Shown here: positions 1 to 12,159 of the stretch, in pieces
How the letters are laid out: each line of letters begins with the position of its first letter
Position numbering within the stretch: the stretch's first letter is position 1
From: Eledone cirrhosa
Taxonomy: Eukaryota
Length of the DNA stretch: 64,000 nt
Reading direction: 5' to 3'
Assembly (NCBI GenBank): GCA_964016885.1
Contig: OZ024743.1
Location: forward strand, 200,136,001-200,200,000
Position numbers and translations under genes: made by a program
The notes under the pieces: generated by a model
Databases searched by the model: none
Seen by the model: the letters and a program-made list of their open reading frames with translations, nothing else
Told to the model about the DNA's origin: nothing

Positions 1-2334
1 GGTTTGGATGGTCTGCCCTACGAGCTTTATGCATTTATGCCAGACTTGTTCGGTGACCTCTTGGCAGACGTCTACTGCAACTGGCAGCAGAACGGGAGCA
101 TTCCCAGTTGTGTGAGCCGGGGAGCGGTGGCGATGCTGAGAAAAGACCCGAACAAGGGGGATGTTATCGATAATTTCAGGCCCATAACCCTGCTAAACGC
201 TGAGTTCAAGATTTTGGCCATGGTGTTAGCAACGAGGTTGGCGCTTGTCGTCAATGGTCTGGTGGGAGAGGCGCAGACATGCGCCATTCCGGACAGATCC
301 ATACACGACAACCTCCACCTCATGCGATACATCATAGAGAGGGTGGTTAAGGAACCTGGCACGGGTGGGGCCCTGATCAACTTGGATCAATCCAAAGCAT
401 TCGATAGGGTCGACCATCGGTACCTGGCGGCAATACTCGAGGCAGCCGGTTTCAGGCCCTTTTTCAGGGGTTGGAACGCTGCGATGTACAGCGATATCTG
501 CTCAGTTGTGAGGGTGAACGGTCACATGTCGCAGCCGTTCAGCATCATGCGCTCAGTCCGCCAGGGTTGTCCCCTTTCGTCCCTCTTGTACGTATTGGCT
601 CTCGAGCCGTTACTGCACAAACTGGGGGAGATGAGGGGCATCCCACGCGAACTAGGATGCGGGAAATCCGAGTTGGCTTACGCCGACGACGTCACCGTGA
701 TGGTGTCGAGCACTAGACACGTCCAGATGCTCGGCACCACTCTCAAGGAATACGAAGCGGTGACAGGAGCAAAGATAAACCAGGAAAAGTCGGTGAGCTG
801 GCAGCTTGGCACCTGGAGAGGCAAGTCCATGCCGTCCGGCAGCGTTGTGGGACGTTGGACGGACGGACTGGTTAAATTGCTCGGGTTCTGATTCGGACCG
901 GACCTCCAGATGGAGAAAACCTGGAATGAGGTGACGAGCAGGGTGGCCTCCCTCACCCAGAAATGGGCCGAGCGTAAGCTGTCCCAGAAAGGCCGGGCGG
1001 AGGTGGCGAATGCGTACATCGCATCCGTCATCTGCTACCGCCTCACCGTCGTCCCTTGCTCCGGCCCAACTCTCACTAAAATGGAGCGCCTCCTCTTCCG
1101 CTTTTTGTGGAAGGGACGCGCTCCCATGGTCAGACGATCCATCTGCTGTCAACACCCGTAGCATGGAGGACTGGGCATGCCATGGCTGATGATGCGCAAA
1201 CATGCGCTGAGGCTGCGACATCTCTGGTGCTTCCTTGATGATAAACAGGTGTGGTCGCCGTTCGCCAGGCACGTTTTCGCACAGCTCGTCTCCTTGACGG
1301 AGCTGCAGTCCTGGGTCAGAAAAAGACGGAGGGATAGCGCTAGGAAACTGGAATGTCTCCAGGCGCTCACTGCCCTCTACAGCTGGGCACCAGTATTGCT
1401 GGAACATCCATCTCGACGTTCTATAGAGGACTAGCGGAGGGGAAGAACGACGACATTCTCGGAGAGATCCTGGGCGTCGAAGAAGATCAGCTGTTCGCTC
1501 TCTTCCGGAGAACTTTCAGCCGGGGCCTATGGATAACTTCCAAAAATCCCTGGCCTGGCAGTGCTACCGGGGAGCGCTGCCGGTTCGAGATAAGCTCTAC
1601 AGGCACGGAAGTGCCGTCAGCCGAGCCTGTCCGAGATGCGCGCAGAGCGACGAAACCGTCGTGCACGCACTCGTTCAGTGCCCGAACATTGCTGACTTGT
1701 GGAGCTATATCGAACAGTTGCTGTCGCGTGTAGGACTGATCCGGTTGTCGACTGAGTCCATTGTGCAGATGGTCTCGCCGTCTTCCTTCGAGGAGGAAGG
1801 GCAGGCGGTTTTCATCTGGCTGGTGGCCATGGCGAAAGAGATTGTGTGGTGGACAAGGTTAAAAGGGTTAAAGACAGACACTTTCCTCTTCGGCAATACC
1901 TAATTAACTTTTTCAAGTTTCACTTGAAGAGGGTGGAGAGGCAAGTGCTGCCTTCTAGCAAGTTTGTTGAAAGGTGGGTGAATGTAGCGAGAATGGTCCG
2001 AGTGAACGGGACCACTCTGAATATACGTCTGTAGTTTGAGAGATGGAAAAATTGAGAGAGAGCGCTTGCCCTGGTGGTCAGGGTGGCCGTGGTCTTTTAT
2101 GTGGTTTTCGCCACGAGTAACCCTCAGAGGTTTCCCTCCTATTAGGGAATTTTTCATTGTTTCAATTTTCATTTTTATTGTTTATATATATATGTTTCTA
2201 TGTCCTTTTTTTTCTTTTCTTATATAAATAATAAAAATATTTACACGCACAAAACCCACATCGTACCGTCCTGTACCGTCCTGTGCCGTCTGTAATGTTT
2301 TTCTTGATGTCAGCCCTTGTGGCCATTAAAGAAA

Positions 2335-2335
<1 letters not shown>
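1..2335 (+). mobile_element. Tx1/L1-clade non-LTR retrotransposon, 3' part (RT, C-terminal Cys motif, 3' UTR); 5' part lies outside the window
   Basis: RT motifs in ORF 4-891: FRPITLLN, LDQSKAFDRV, VRQGCPLS, AYADD. Continuation in 910-1161 and 1177-1434, then 1529-1903 (CPRCAQSDETVVHALVQC). T-rich 3' UTR ends ...GGCCATTAAAGAAATC directly into (ATT)n. Confidence 0.9.
4..2034 (+). pseudogene. Disrupted ORF2 (reverse transcriptase) of the Tx1/L1 element
   Basis: In-frame stops at 889-891 and 1159-1161, plus frame changes near 1390 and 1900, split one ORF2 into the listed fragments. Confidence 0.88.
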
Positions 2336-2366
<31 letters not shown>

Positions 2367-2377
2367 GTTATTGTTAT
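2336..2377. repeat. (TTA)n microsatellite, left half of the Dong target site
   Basis: attattattatt...gttattgttatt between the Tx1 3' end and the Dong 3' end. Confidence 0.9.
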
Positions 2378-2452
2378 TCCTTGAATCTCAGTCATTGATG
2401 TTGGTTAACTGGAAAGTCCGTTGGATTGAATATCAAGCCACTACCTGCAGCC

Positions 2453-5400
2453 TCAGATATTCAGGACGTATCGGAGGGTTCTTGCCGTTCCAAGCAAGCA
2501 TGCCTTTTGAAGCGTTCCAAAAAGCGTGAAGGGGCCGATTTTCTTTAACCATCCCTGGAAACCTTTGGAGATAGTCCCCAGTGCGCCTATGACAATCGGG
2601 ATCACTTTGACTTCATGGCAGTTCCAAATCCTTTTCACCTCCCACTTTAGGTCCTGGTATCGGTTAATTTTCTCTCCTTCTCTTGCACTCTCGTGTCGAA
2701 CGGGCAGGCCACATCCACAATCAGGCACGATCTTTTTTCTTTGTCCACAACCACCAGGTCAGGTCTATTGTGTTCCAGTTTTTTGTCCGTCTGTATCCTA
2801 AAATCCCACAGCACCTTCACCTGACTGTTCTCCATCACCGCCTCTGGCCTATGCTCATACCATTTCTCAGAATGTGGTAGATTGTTTACTTTGCACAGGT
2901 GCCAGTGGATCACCCTGCCCATCACATCGTGTCTCCAGCCCTTATAGTGGGTCTGGGCTAGGTGTTTACACTCGGACACAATGTGAGCCACAGTCTCCTC
3001 TCTCTCTCCACAGATCCTGCACAGTGGGCTAGCCTCCTCCTTGTAGATATGGTGCTTCAACCACTTCGTTTTGAGGGCCTGCTCCTGCGCAGCCATTAGC
3101 ATTCCTTCTGTAGCCTTTTTGAGGTCTCCTCTTCTCAACCAGTTCCATGTCTGTGGATCTCTAAATTCAGTTTTCTCAAAGAAGGTACTATGAAGGGATT
3201 TTCCCTTAAGGCTGCTCTTCCTCCTTGATGTTATTTCCTCCTTGGGTATCCCCTGGCCTACTGTCCCCTCCTTCAGTACAGCTCTGAGCATTGGCTCCTT
3301 ACTATAGGTCACGTATTTGTATAGGTTGTTTTTCTCCATCTGAACACAGTCCTCTATGCTGATAAGACCTCTTCCACCCTCAGATCTCCTTAGGTAGAGT
3401 CTATCGACATCACTCCTCTTGTGGAACATGTTGTAGATAGTCAATAGCTTCCTAGTCTTCCTATCCATTTCTTTTTGTTCAGCAACATTCCATCTCAGAA
3501 TTCCCGCACTGTACCTAATAATAGACACAGCTCGGGAATTTACTGCGCTTATGGCATTTCTGCTGTTCAGATGTGACTTCAATACGCTCCTTACTCTCCG
3601 AATGTATTCAGTTCTTAACAATTCCTTCATTTTTTTGTTCTTTATGCCATCAGCCTCCAGAACGCCCAAATACTTGTATCCTTCCTCAGAGTCAATTTCC
3701 TTTATCATCTCACCTGTTGGTATCTGGATCCCGTTACTTCTGCTCAACCTACCCCTCCTCATCACAATGACTCCACATTTACCAATACCAAACTGCATAC
3801 ATATATCACTGCTGAAAATACGGACAGTGTCAACAAGCACACCCAACTCCTTCTCACTTTTCCCGAAGAGCTTAAGATCGTCCATGAAGAGGAGGTGATT
3901 GATGGTAAGCTCTCCCCTTCCCAACTTGTATCCTGCTCTCACTTTTCGCAGCATAATGGTCAAGGGCATCAGGGCAAGGACAAACAACAGAGGGGACAGG
4001 CTATCTCCCTGGAAGATACCTCTCTTGATCTTCACGCTTCCCAAGGATACTCCAGTTGATGTCAACTCTGTCTCCCAGGACCCCATACTCCTGCCCAGCA
4101 ACTGTCTGATGTTATCTGCCACCCTGAAGATCTCCAGGCTTTTGGTGATCCAGGAATGAGGCACCATGTCAAATGCCTTTCTGTAGTCTATCCATCCCAT
4201 GGCAAGATCAGTGTGTCTCCTCCTGCAATTCCCCATTACCATCTTATCAATAAGCAACTGGTCCTTTGTACCACGTGACTTCTTTCGGCAACCTTTCTGT
4301 TCGTCCGGCAACAAGTTGTTTGTGTGGAGGTGATGGTAGATTTCCTCAGACACAATGCTCGTCAACAGTTTCCACATTACGGGCAGACATGTGATAGGTC
4401 TATAGTTGGTAACATCATTACCCTTGATTCGGTCTTTCATTATCAGAACTGTGGTACCTTTTGTCAACCACTCTGGCACCTCACCCGACACCAAGCAGTC
4501 ATTGAACATGGCCGTCAGCTTCGGGTGGAGGGATGTTAAATGTTTAATCCAATACCCCTGCACACCATCTGGGCCTGGTGATTTCCAGTTGGTTAGTTTT
4601 TTGGCTTGCCCCTTAAGAGTTTCAACTGTGATACTCAAATCAGTCTGTTGCTGTGCCTGCTCACCGATCTCCCTCTGTACTGTTTCAATCCACCCTGCCT
4701 GGGCATTGTGTCTAACATCCTGCTCCCATATTCCTCTCCAGAATGTTTTAGCTTGTTCCGCCCCAGGGATCAAGTCGTTGCCTCTTTCTTTCCCCTCAAG
4801 CTGTCCAAACAGCATCTTCTGGTTGTTGTCGAACATGCGGTTCTGTTTATACTGACTGACTCTGTTCTCGTATCGCCTGATTTTGGCACTCTTTGCTACA
4901 ATGCGTTGCTTCAATTCCTCTATGATAATATTTAGCTTTTTACTCCTAGTTTTGTATTTTATTTCCAGTCTATTTTTAGTGCCTATGTTTTTTAGTGTCC
5001 CATTCAGTAGTGACTCAAGCTTTCCTATGTCATTTCTCATTTCCCCGATTTGCCCACTCAGTCGCTTCTTCCACCATGGCTCTGCTCTTTCTTGTCTGTT
5101 GTTTCCTCTCGCTTTTATACCAAGTAGTTTCCTCACCGTATTTGCTGTTGCTTTGAGGATATTGTTGCACTGGTGAAGACTCCTCGCCTCAAGGTATGGG
5201 ATGACTTTGTTTACCTTAGCTGTTGTTTCTTTTAACTTTTTCCTGTCTACAAATCTTAGGTTCATAGGTCTCCCACTATCATTGTTCAACTCATCTACCA
5301 CTAAATTTAGGATGTCAACCGAATCTTGTCCTAGCCCGTCAGCATTCATCTCCTCAGTGGCCGTATCTCTGTTCCAGGTATTATTTATCTCAGTATTCAG

Positions 5401-5841
5401 ATCATTGTCTGCTTCGGGTGGTTCCTCCGCTCTCAGGACCTCCTCACCTTCATTTCCCGCCGGCTCGCTTGTCTGGCATACTACACCCGCCATCTCCAAG
5501 CCATTTTCTCTGCTCAGTTCCTCCAGTTCCAGCTCGCTTATCCACCCATTAGTTCTTATTACCCGAGCCTGCCCGGCCAATTTTTGTTCATCTAATTTAA
5601 ATAAACCAATCTCGTTCCAGATGTTATGCATCCGTCTCCTGTAGCCCCTCTCCTTGGGGTTACTTTTCAGGTAGCATTGCATAACAGTTCTATTCAATTC
5701 TTTCGTCCAGTTGGTTCTGGCCCCTTTCCTTCTTCTTCTTCCTCCAACATCAGCAGTATTTCGTTGACAGTCAGGTTCCTGCTGCTGAGCCAGGGGGCAC
5801 CTGTTGGGTGAGAGTCTGTCACATGACGTTCTAGTCTCCAT
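2453..5841 (-). CDS. Retrotransposon polyprotein: RT, zinc knuckle and PD-(D/E)xK restriction-like endonuclease; one frameshift near 2670
   Basis: 1064-aa ORF 2647-5841 has WKSPGPDG, YRPITCL, WIDYRKAFDMVPH, GIFQGDSLSP, LFMDD, CRICGEREETVAHIVSEC, RHD and HNRPDLVVVD...DVACP. The C-terminus KINRYQDLK...IPIVIGALG...LQKACLLGTARTLR is in the overlapping frame 2453-2728. Confidence 0.9.
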
Positions 5842-6410
5842 TTCACCGTTATTCGAACTGTTTATGTTCGATATTTAAACACTCTTATCGAGGATTGGCG
5901 AATGTATGTTTACATAGCCATCTGTGGATCCGCCATCCCACTTGGCCCTTGTGTGGCATTATCACCACGCTGTATACGGACACACATAAACAAATAAACA
6001 CACGGGCAGAAAGGGCCCCAAAAATGAATAAGCATAAGTTTCATTGTAATGTAGTATTCGAATGTCTGACTTAGTTTTTGTTTTTTAAGTTTTACTTTTT
6101 CCCCCCTCTTCTCTGTCCGTCCGCCTGCTTCTCTCTTCATTCTTATTTTCTTTACGTTTTTGGGGTTTCTTTTTTTGTTTTTGTTTTTCTCTGTTTTTCT
6201 CGTTTTTTACTGTTGTTGCTGTGCTGCTTTTGTTGTTTGTTTTTTCTTTTTTCTTTTGAGTCTATCTATATATTTTGATGCCTTCCTCTTTGTTAGTAGT
6301 AGGAATTCTATAATGTGGAAGTGGTAGCCAGCAGAGACTAGCGGCGTTGGCGATACTGAGACAGTGGTGGCGGTGATGTCGATACCGAGGCAGTGGTGGC
6401 GGTGATGCGA

Positions 6411-7056
6411 CCGTATTACTGTAGTGATGGTGCTGTAGCGGTGGCAGCAGCAGTGAAGGAGTCAGGGGGTGGTGGCGGCGGTGATGGGATAGTGGTGGTA
6501 ATGATGGCCGTAGTGAGCGGTGGCGGTGAAGGTGAAAATGCTGTTGTGTTTAGTGTACACAGATGATGGGGTGGGTGGTGTATCTAGTTTCTGGTGTTGG
6601 TGAGTTTCGCTGTCCTATATAGTGTAGCCAGAGGAGAGGAGGGGGGGGGGTTCTTCTTCTTCCATTTATAGCCATTTTATTTATTTTTTTTTTGGATATA
6701 CAGTGTACAATACAAAGTTGAATATTTGAATATTTGAGCCGTATTACTGTAGTGATGGTGCTGTAGCGGTGGCAGCAGCAGTGAAGGAGTCAAGGGGTGG
6801 TGGCGGCGGTGATGGGATGGTGGTGGTAATGATGGCCGTAGTGAGCGGTGGCGGTGAAGGTGAAAATGCTGTTGTGTTTAGTGTACACAGATGATGGGGT
6901 GGGCGGTGTATCTAGTTTCTGGTGTTGGTGAGTTTAGCTGTCCTATATAGTGTAGCCAGAGGAGAGGAGGGGGGGCTTCTTCTTCTTCCATTTATAGCCA
7001 TTTTTTTTTGGATATACAGTGTACAATACAAAGTTGAATATTTGAATATTTGAGCC
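6411..7056. repeat. Tandem duplication of ~328 bp in the putative Dong 5' UTR
   Basis: ccgtattactgtagtgatgg...gaatatttgagcc occurs at 6411-6740 and 6739-7056, nearly identical. Confidence 0.9.
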
Positions 7057-7221
7057 TTATAACAATATATTTTGGGTCCGAATTTTTTGGGGCTCAAGCC
7101 GGGTGCTTTACGTAGCATTTGTACTAAGAGTTGTTATTTCACAAATGATTTAAATATGTTAAAAATTCAAAACTTACGGGAGCGATTTCATGACCTCCGT
7201 CACCTCGTGCGTCTTCTTCCC

Positions 7222-7297
<76 letters not shown>
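7222..7297. repeat. (TTA)n microsatellite, right half of the Dong target site
   Basis: About 25 perfect TTA units. Confidence 0.95.
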
Positions 7298-7304
<7 letters not shown>

Positions 7305-7340
7305 TACAGGGAGTATATATATACAGTTTTAATATAGAAG

Positions 7341-7391
7341 AGCTTCTACAGGACTAGAACTGTTTCATTTGTGAGAAATCATCAGGAAGCT
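7341..7391 (-). ncRNA. Type-I hammerhead ribozyme motif (weak helix II) in a PLE-like remnant
   Basis: Minus strand: AGCTTC-CTGATGA-tttctcacaaat-GAAACAG-ttctagtc-CTGT-A-GAAGCT. Helix I is 6 bp, helix III is 4 bp, cleavage triplet GUA. Confidence 0.6.
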
Positions 7392-7604
7392 GGCTGTCCA
7401 AGTAAATGGTAGTATTTATATCTTTCCTTATCCGGTGGTAGGAGACGGTTGGGATTGGGATGGGTGTAGGTCATGGGTTGAAGGATTTAAAGAAAAGGGA
7501 GTTCATTAAAGCTAATTCTTAAAAGCTATAATATTAACAAAGGCAGAAAGAATACTTTAAAATAATTCAAAATTTGAATACCAATCCTTGTTTATCACTT
7601 AGAC

Positions 7605-7893
7605 CAGTGCTTCTCAAACTATCTGATGTGGCGGACCGGCATATTTTTCAATGTGCCACGTACCGCTAATATTTCGTAGTAATATTAATTTATACCGGAA
7701 ACGATATATATAATGAATATAATAATAGTTGACCATTTTTGTAAACAAATAATACAATATCAAAACATATAAAAATGTAATTAAAACATTCCTCAAATGA
7801 TTCCTTAGCATGGTATGGACACTGGCCGCATTACCGGTAGCTGTGGCTCGTGTACCTGCACCTGTCCTCGGACCACTACTTTGAGTAGCACCG
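7605..7893. mobile_element. hAT (Charlie/Buster-type) MITE, 289 bp
   Basis: TIRs CAGTGCTTCTCAAA / TTTGAGTAGCACCG; perfect 8-bp TSD ACTTAGAC at 7597-7604 and 7894-7901. Confidence 0.9.
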
Positions 7894-7897
7894 ACTT

Positions 7898-7934
<37 letters not shown>

Positions 7935-8074
7935 GGAGTATATAGTATATTCATTCTATCAATACCACCAAAACGGGTCTGACAAGCCGTTGATTACAGA
8001 GTCGGGCTGGATCGATACAGATAGAACCTTGAGCTGATCGGTGGCGAAACTCGCGTCACCAGGCAATAAACGTA

Positions 8075-8377
<303 letters not shown>

Positions 8378-8395
8378 GAAGTTAATATGCTTATC

Positions 8396-8465
<70 letters not shown>

Positions 8466-8475
<10 letters not shown>

Positions 8476-9283
8476 GAAACACACAGATACATGCGGACAC
8501 ACACATATATACATGAATGCATCCGCACCCAACTGTGAGTTAAGGGTGCCAACTTCACCGATGTTGCTCAATGAATGACTGGGACAGACCAATTCAGTTT
8601 GAACCAGACTGAACCAGTATCAGAGTTAAAAATACATTATGAAGAGAGAAGAAACATTTAGATATAATTAGTAATAAAATGTATCATACCTAAACTGTTC
8701 CTAAATTCCTCGACTACGTAGTTTCGTGGCATAAACAAAAACAATATATCAAAGATATAGAGTCCTTGCGAGGTCTGCCAACTTATCAAGAGGATACTTC
8801 ATTTTACTAGTCTCAAGAACGCGTCTACACGACGTGAGAAAGAATCCCAAAAGGCGGAGGGGGAGATAGTCACGCGATATAACGGTCGAGAAACAGAGCT
8901 AAGCCTCTTATAACCACGAAGAAAATACCACGGAGGCGGAGGGGGTATTCATATCGAGGCCGTAGAAGAGGTAGTGAAGAAGGCGAGAAGTATGAGTAAT
9001 GGAAGCTTTCCAGTTGTCCCCACACTTCAAAGATTGCTCGACCAGAGGGAGTTATTAATATATTTAGAAACACACAGATACATGCGGACACACACATATA
9101 TACATGAATGCATCCGCACCCAACTGTGAGTTAAGGGTGCCAACTTCACCGATGTTGCTCAATGAATGACTGGGACAGACCAATTCAGTTTGAACCAGAC
9201 TGAACCGTACTCGAGGAATTTAGGAACAGTTTAGGTATGATACATTTTATTACTAATTATATCTAAATGTTTCTTCTCTCTTC

Positions 9284-9288
<5 letters not shown>
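8466..9288 (-). mobile_element. Non-coding hammerhead-bearing PLE/retrozyme-like insertion with a partial tandem and an inverted terminus
   Basis: Direct repeat 8466-8616 and 9056-9206 (period 590 bp); inverted repeat 8636-8713 and 9211-9288; (TA)n on both sides. A related copy lies at 33553-33864 on the opposite strand. Confidence 0.75.
8707..8794 (-). ncRNA. Hammerhead ribozyme, U3:A8 variant with a large loop II
   Basis: TCCTC-TTGATAA-GTTGGCA...TGCCAC-GAAACTACGTAGT-C-GAGGA; palindromic helix III ACTACGTAGT, cleavage triplet GUC. Confidence 0.7.
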
Positions 9289-9329
<41 letters not shown>

Positions 9330-9330
<1 letters not shown>

Positions 9331-9450
9331 GAGGCGTCTGGCTGAGTGGTTAGAGAATTGGATTCGCAATCGTCAGGTTGTGAGTTCGTTTCCCAGACCG
9401 GGAGATGCGTTATGACCTTGAGTAAGACACTTTATTTCACGTTGTTCCTT
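9330..9450 (+). mobile_element. tRNA-derived SINE (type B), truncated
   Basis: A box TGGCTGAGTGG, B box GAGTTCGTTTC, then cttgagtaagacactttatttcacgttg. Relatives near 29960, 55900, 56220 and 62985. Confidence 0.7.
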
Positions 9451-9562
9451 CTACCTGGAGTTGCGACCGATAGATAGTATTTGCAATTGGAAAGACCAAT
9501 GGATACATTGTTTCCTCGGTCCGATTTGACGAAAGTCGATCGTTCCTAAAAATATAGGAACA

Positions 9563-9722
9563 TGTTTAAACCCGACGGCAGAGCTCAAGCCGTTTCGACG
9601 GCTATTTCTGAACGTCGAAACAGCTTGAGCTCTGCCGTCGGGGTTAAACATTTTCCTTCTACCCCAAATATTGAGTACTCTGGTTTGTTATGGTCCATCT
9701 GGTACCATACTACACTTTCTTC

Positions 9723-9725
<3 letters not shown>
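9563..9725 (-). mobile_element. Family A copy 2 (hairpin 9563-9650)
   Basis: tgtttaaacccgacggcagagctcaagccgtttcgacg...cgtcgaaacagcttgagctctgccgtcggggttaaaca, then the family body in reverse and (TA)n. Confidence 0.75.
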
Positions 9726-9790
<65 letters not shown>

Positions 9791-9791
<1 letters not shown>

Positions 9792-10498
9792 CTTTGAAAT
9801 GTTTTGGCCAGTATTGGCCCAGTCCATGTCTAACTTAATAGCACCACCTGGCGAAGTCTTTCAATTCAGGATTTGGGCACCATGGCCCATTCGAGAAGAG
9901 AATTACTGTTTGCGGAGACATATCCGCGTGTGGGTGGTTTGTCCGGGATTACTTGGAGGAATTTGTCCAAAGACTTCTTGAATTTTGTGTGGTCAGTTTC
10001 TGTTTTGTCCTGGTGTGATGTTGAAGAGAGCAGGGCCAATTGAGGTGAAATAATTGTGCCGTATTGTTGTTATGAGTTGCGATTTAGATTTGTGTTTGGG
10101 ACGGATAGCACGGGGCCCAAGCCTTGGGTGTATTTTGAAGGTGATGCCAACATCAATTGGGCAGTGATGATGAAACATTTTCCACATCATGCAGATAATA
10201 TAACGATCACGGCGACTTTGGAGTGAGTAAAGTTTCAGCTTTTCTAGTCGACCCCAGTAGTCAGGTCTGACATGCCATCTATCTTTTTCGTGATTGCCCT
10301 TTGAGGAGCTTCAAGTTTCATGATACTTTGTTTCGTGTGGACAGACCACAGTGGACAACAGTATTCAAGGTGTGGTCGGGCAAATGTAGAGAAGAGAAGG
10401 ATAATGGTGTGGGAATCTATCGACTGGAAGGTTCTGAGGATCCAGGAACACATTCTGCGGGCCATGTCAACTTTGCTGCTTATATGCATGGCCCAGCC
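9791..10498 (-). mobile_element. CR1/L2-group LINE, 5'-truncated 3' fragment in (TA)n
   Basis: [12 protein letters not shown]...[11 protein letters not shown]...RYIICMMWK; near-identical to 42863-43575. Confidence 0.85.
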
Positions 10499-10723
10499 AT
10501 ATATATATATATATATGTATGTATGTATGTATATATACATATGTATGTATGTATATATAGATATGTATATATATATATATATATATATTAGAAAGTGAGG
10601 TTTTTTTTACAAAATGAAAAATAACCGAGGTGTCCTACGCGAGTGAAAGTATAAAGAAAAAGAGATGAAATCGAAAATGCAACTGGAGTCTTACTTTTTT
10701 TTTAAATATATATTTATTTGGTT

Positions 10724-10761
10724 CCTTTACCGGTTTCGCAGTTCTTCTGCTTTTCAAAAGG
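10724..10761 (-). ncRNA. Minimal hammerhead ribozyme (U3:A8) in the 3' pLTR
   Basis: CCTT-TTGAAAA-GCAG-aagaa-CTGC-GAAACCGGT-A-AAGG; palindromic helix III ACCGGT. Confidence 0.75.
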
Positions 10762-11264
10762 TGAGTTGAGATGGAGCGTCTGTGGTTTTCTCACATCTGG
10801 TTGGTCTCTGAATGTTACTTGTTTTATATGGAAAAAGTGGCTCGAAATGCCAGGTTTTTCGAGAAGTAATTTGATTGGTTTGTCAATAATTATAATAAAT
10901 TTCGCACCAGTTCGCGTTACAATAGTTCTTCAAATAAGAGGGGGGGGGGGTTTGTCACAGGTTGTTTTTTTCATATATGAGTGTTTGAATTTCTTTTTAC
11001 TTGAAAAAAGGAGGCTCACGAAGGCTATTTTGGGGTTGGTTATAAATGAACAAATTTTCATTAAATTTTTGTGCCCTTATTTGGAAATCCATTCTCTAGC
11101 CTTTTTAGAGAATTTTTTGATAAAAAGATAATGGTCAAGAGAAAGGGATGGGAGAATTGTTCTGGTTCAGTGAATATGGTTAGTTCGCTGGGGTGTCAGA
11201 ATTCAGATTTTCTATTGAATAAAGAAAGTAAAGATATGTGTGTTTATTTGTGTGCTTGTGTGTG

Positions 11265-11332
<68 letters not shown>

Positions 11333-11627
11333 AATTTCTTTACTTTAGAAAAAGGTGGGTCACGAAGGCTTTTTTTTAATAAACGTGATTTGATTGGTTA
11401 TAAATGAAATTTGGCTGTCACGTGAACAAGTTTTCATTACATTTTTGCGCCCTTATTTGGAAAACTATTCCGTAGTCTTTATAGCGAATGTTTTGACAAT
11501 GGAAAGATAGTGGTCAAGAGAAAAGGGATTGTTCTGGTTCAGTGAATATGGTTAGTTCGCTGGGGTGTCAGAGTTCAGATTTTCTATTGAAGTGAAGATA
11601 TGTATGTTTATTTGTGTGCTTGTGTGT

Positions 11628-11666
<39 letters not shown>

Positions 11667-12159
11667 TATTGGAAGATGATTCTATTAGTAGAAATGGGGG
11701 AGGGAGTTGTGTGTGTGTGTATATGGGTGTTATGTGTGTGTGTGTGCGAGTATGTTAAGATGGAGAGAATATATATTTTGTGTGTGTGTATATATATGTG
11801 TGTAGGAAAGTGGTTCTATTAGTAGAAATGGGGAGGGGTTGTGGGTGTGGGGGTTGTTATGTGTGTGTGTATGGGTGTTATGTGTGTGGGAGTATGGTTA
11901 GCATGTTGAGATGAAGAGAATATATATATATATATATATATTGTGTGTGTGTGTATGTGTGTGTGTAGGAAAGTGATTCCTTTAGTAGGAATATTTTTGA
12001 ATGAACATATTTTCCTTACTTATTCGTGTTCGCTGTTGTATTGTTAGTGCAAACGTATGTTAAGGTTTATTTAGTTCGGGTTTTTATTTTCTAAAGTAGA
12101 AGGTGTTATGTGTGTGTGTGTATGTCATATTATGGTGTTGACATAATGTATATTAAACC

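Larger units (their letters stand above)
2378..7221 (-). mobile_element. Dong/R4-clade site-specific non-LTR retrotransposon, probably full length, inserted in (TAA)n
   Basis: Single long ORF with RT, CCHC and restriction-like endonuclease domains. Short 3' UTR runs into (TAA)n. A second (TAA)n at 7222-7297 bounds a ~1.38-kb putative 5' UTR; that boundary is inferred. Confidence 0.8.

Noticed and set aside
652-1407. Antisense ORFs over the Tx1 and Dong coding regions
   Set aside because: Shadow frames of RT-coding DNA with no motifs.
5842-5915. Possible HDV-like ribozyme upstream of the Dong ORF (TCCTCG loop, TCGAAC/GTTCGA hairpin, TTCGCC/GGTGAA pairing)
   Set aside because: No P3 pairing, no GG for P1.1 and no catalytic C in J4/2; it would need a covariance search.
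8030-8065. Partial hammerhead-like strings (also 27597-27635, 44255-44285, 46536-46556)
   Set aside because: Each lacks either the CUGANGA or the GAAA half, or a pairable helix; possibly decayed but not supportable.
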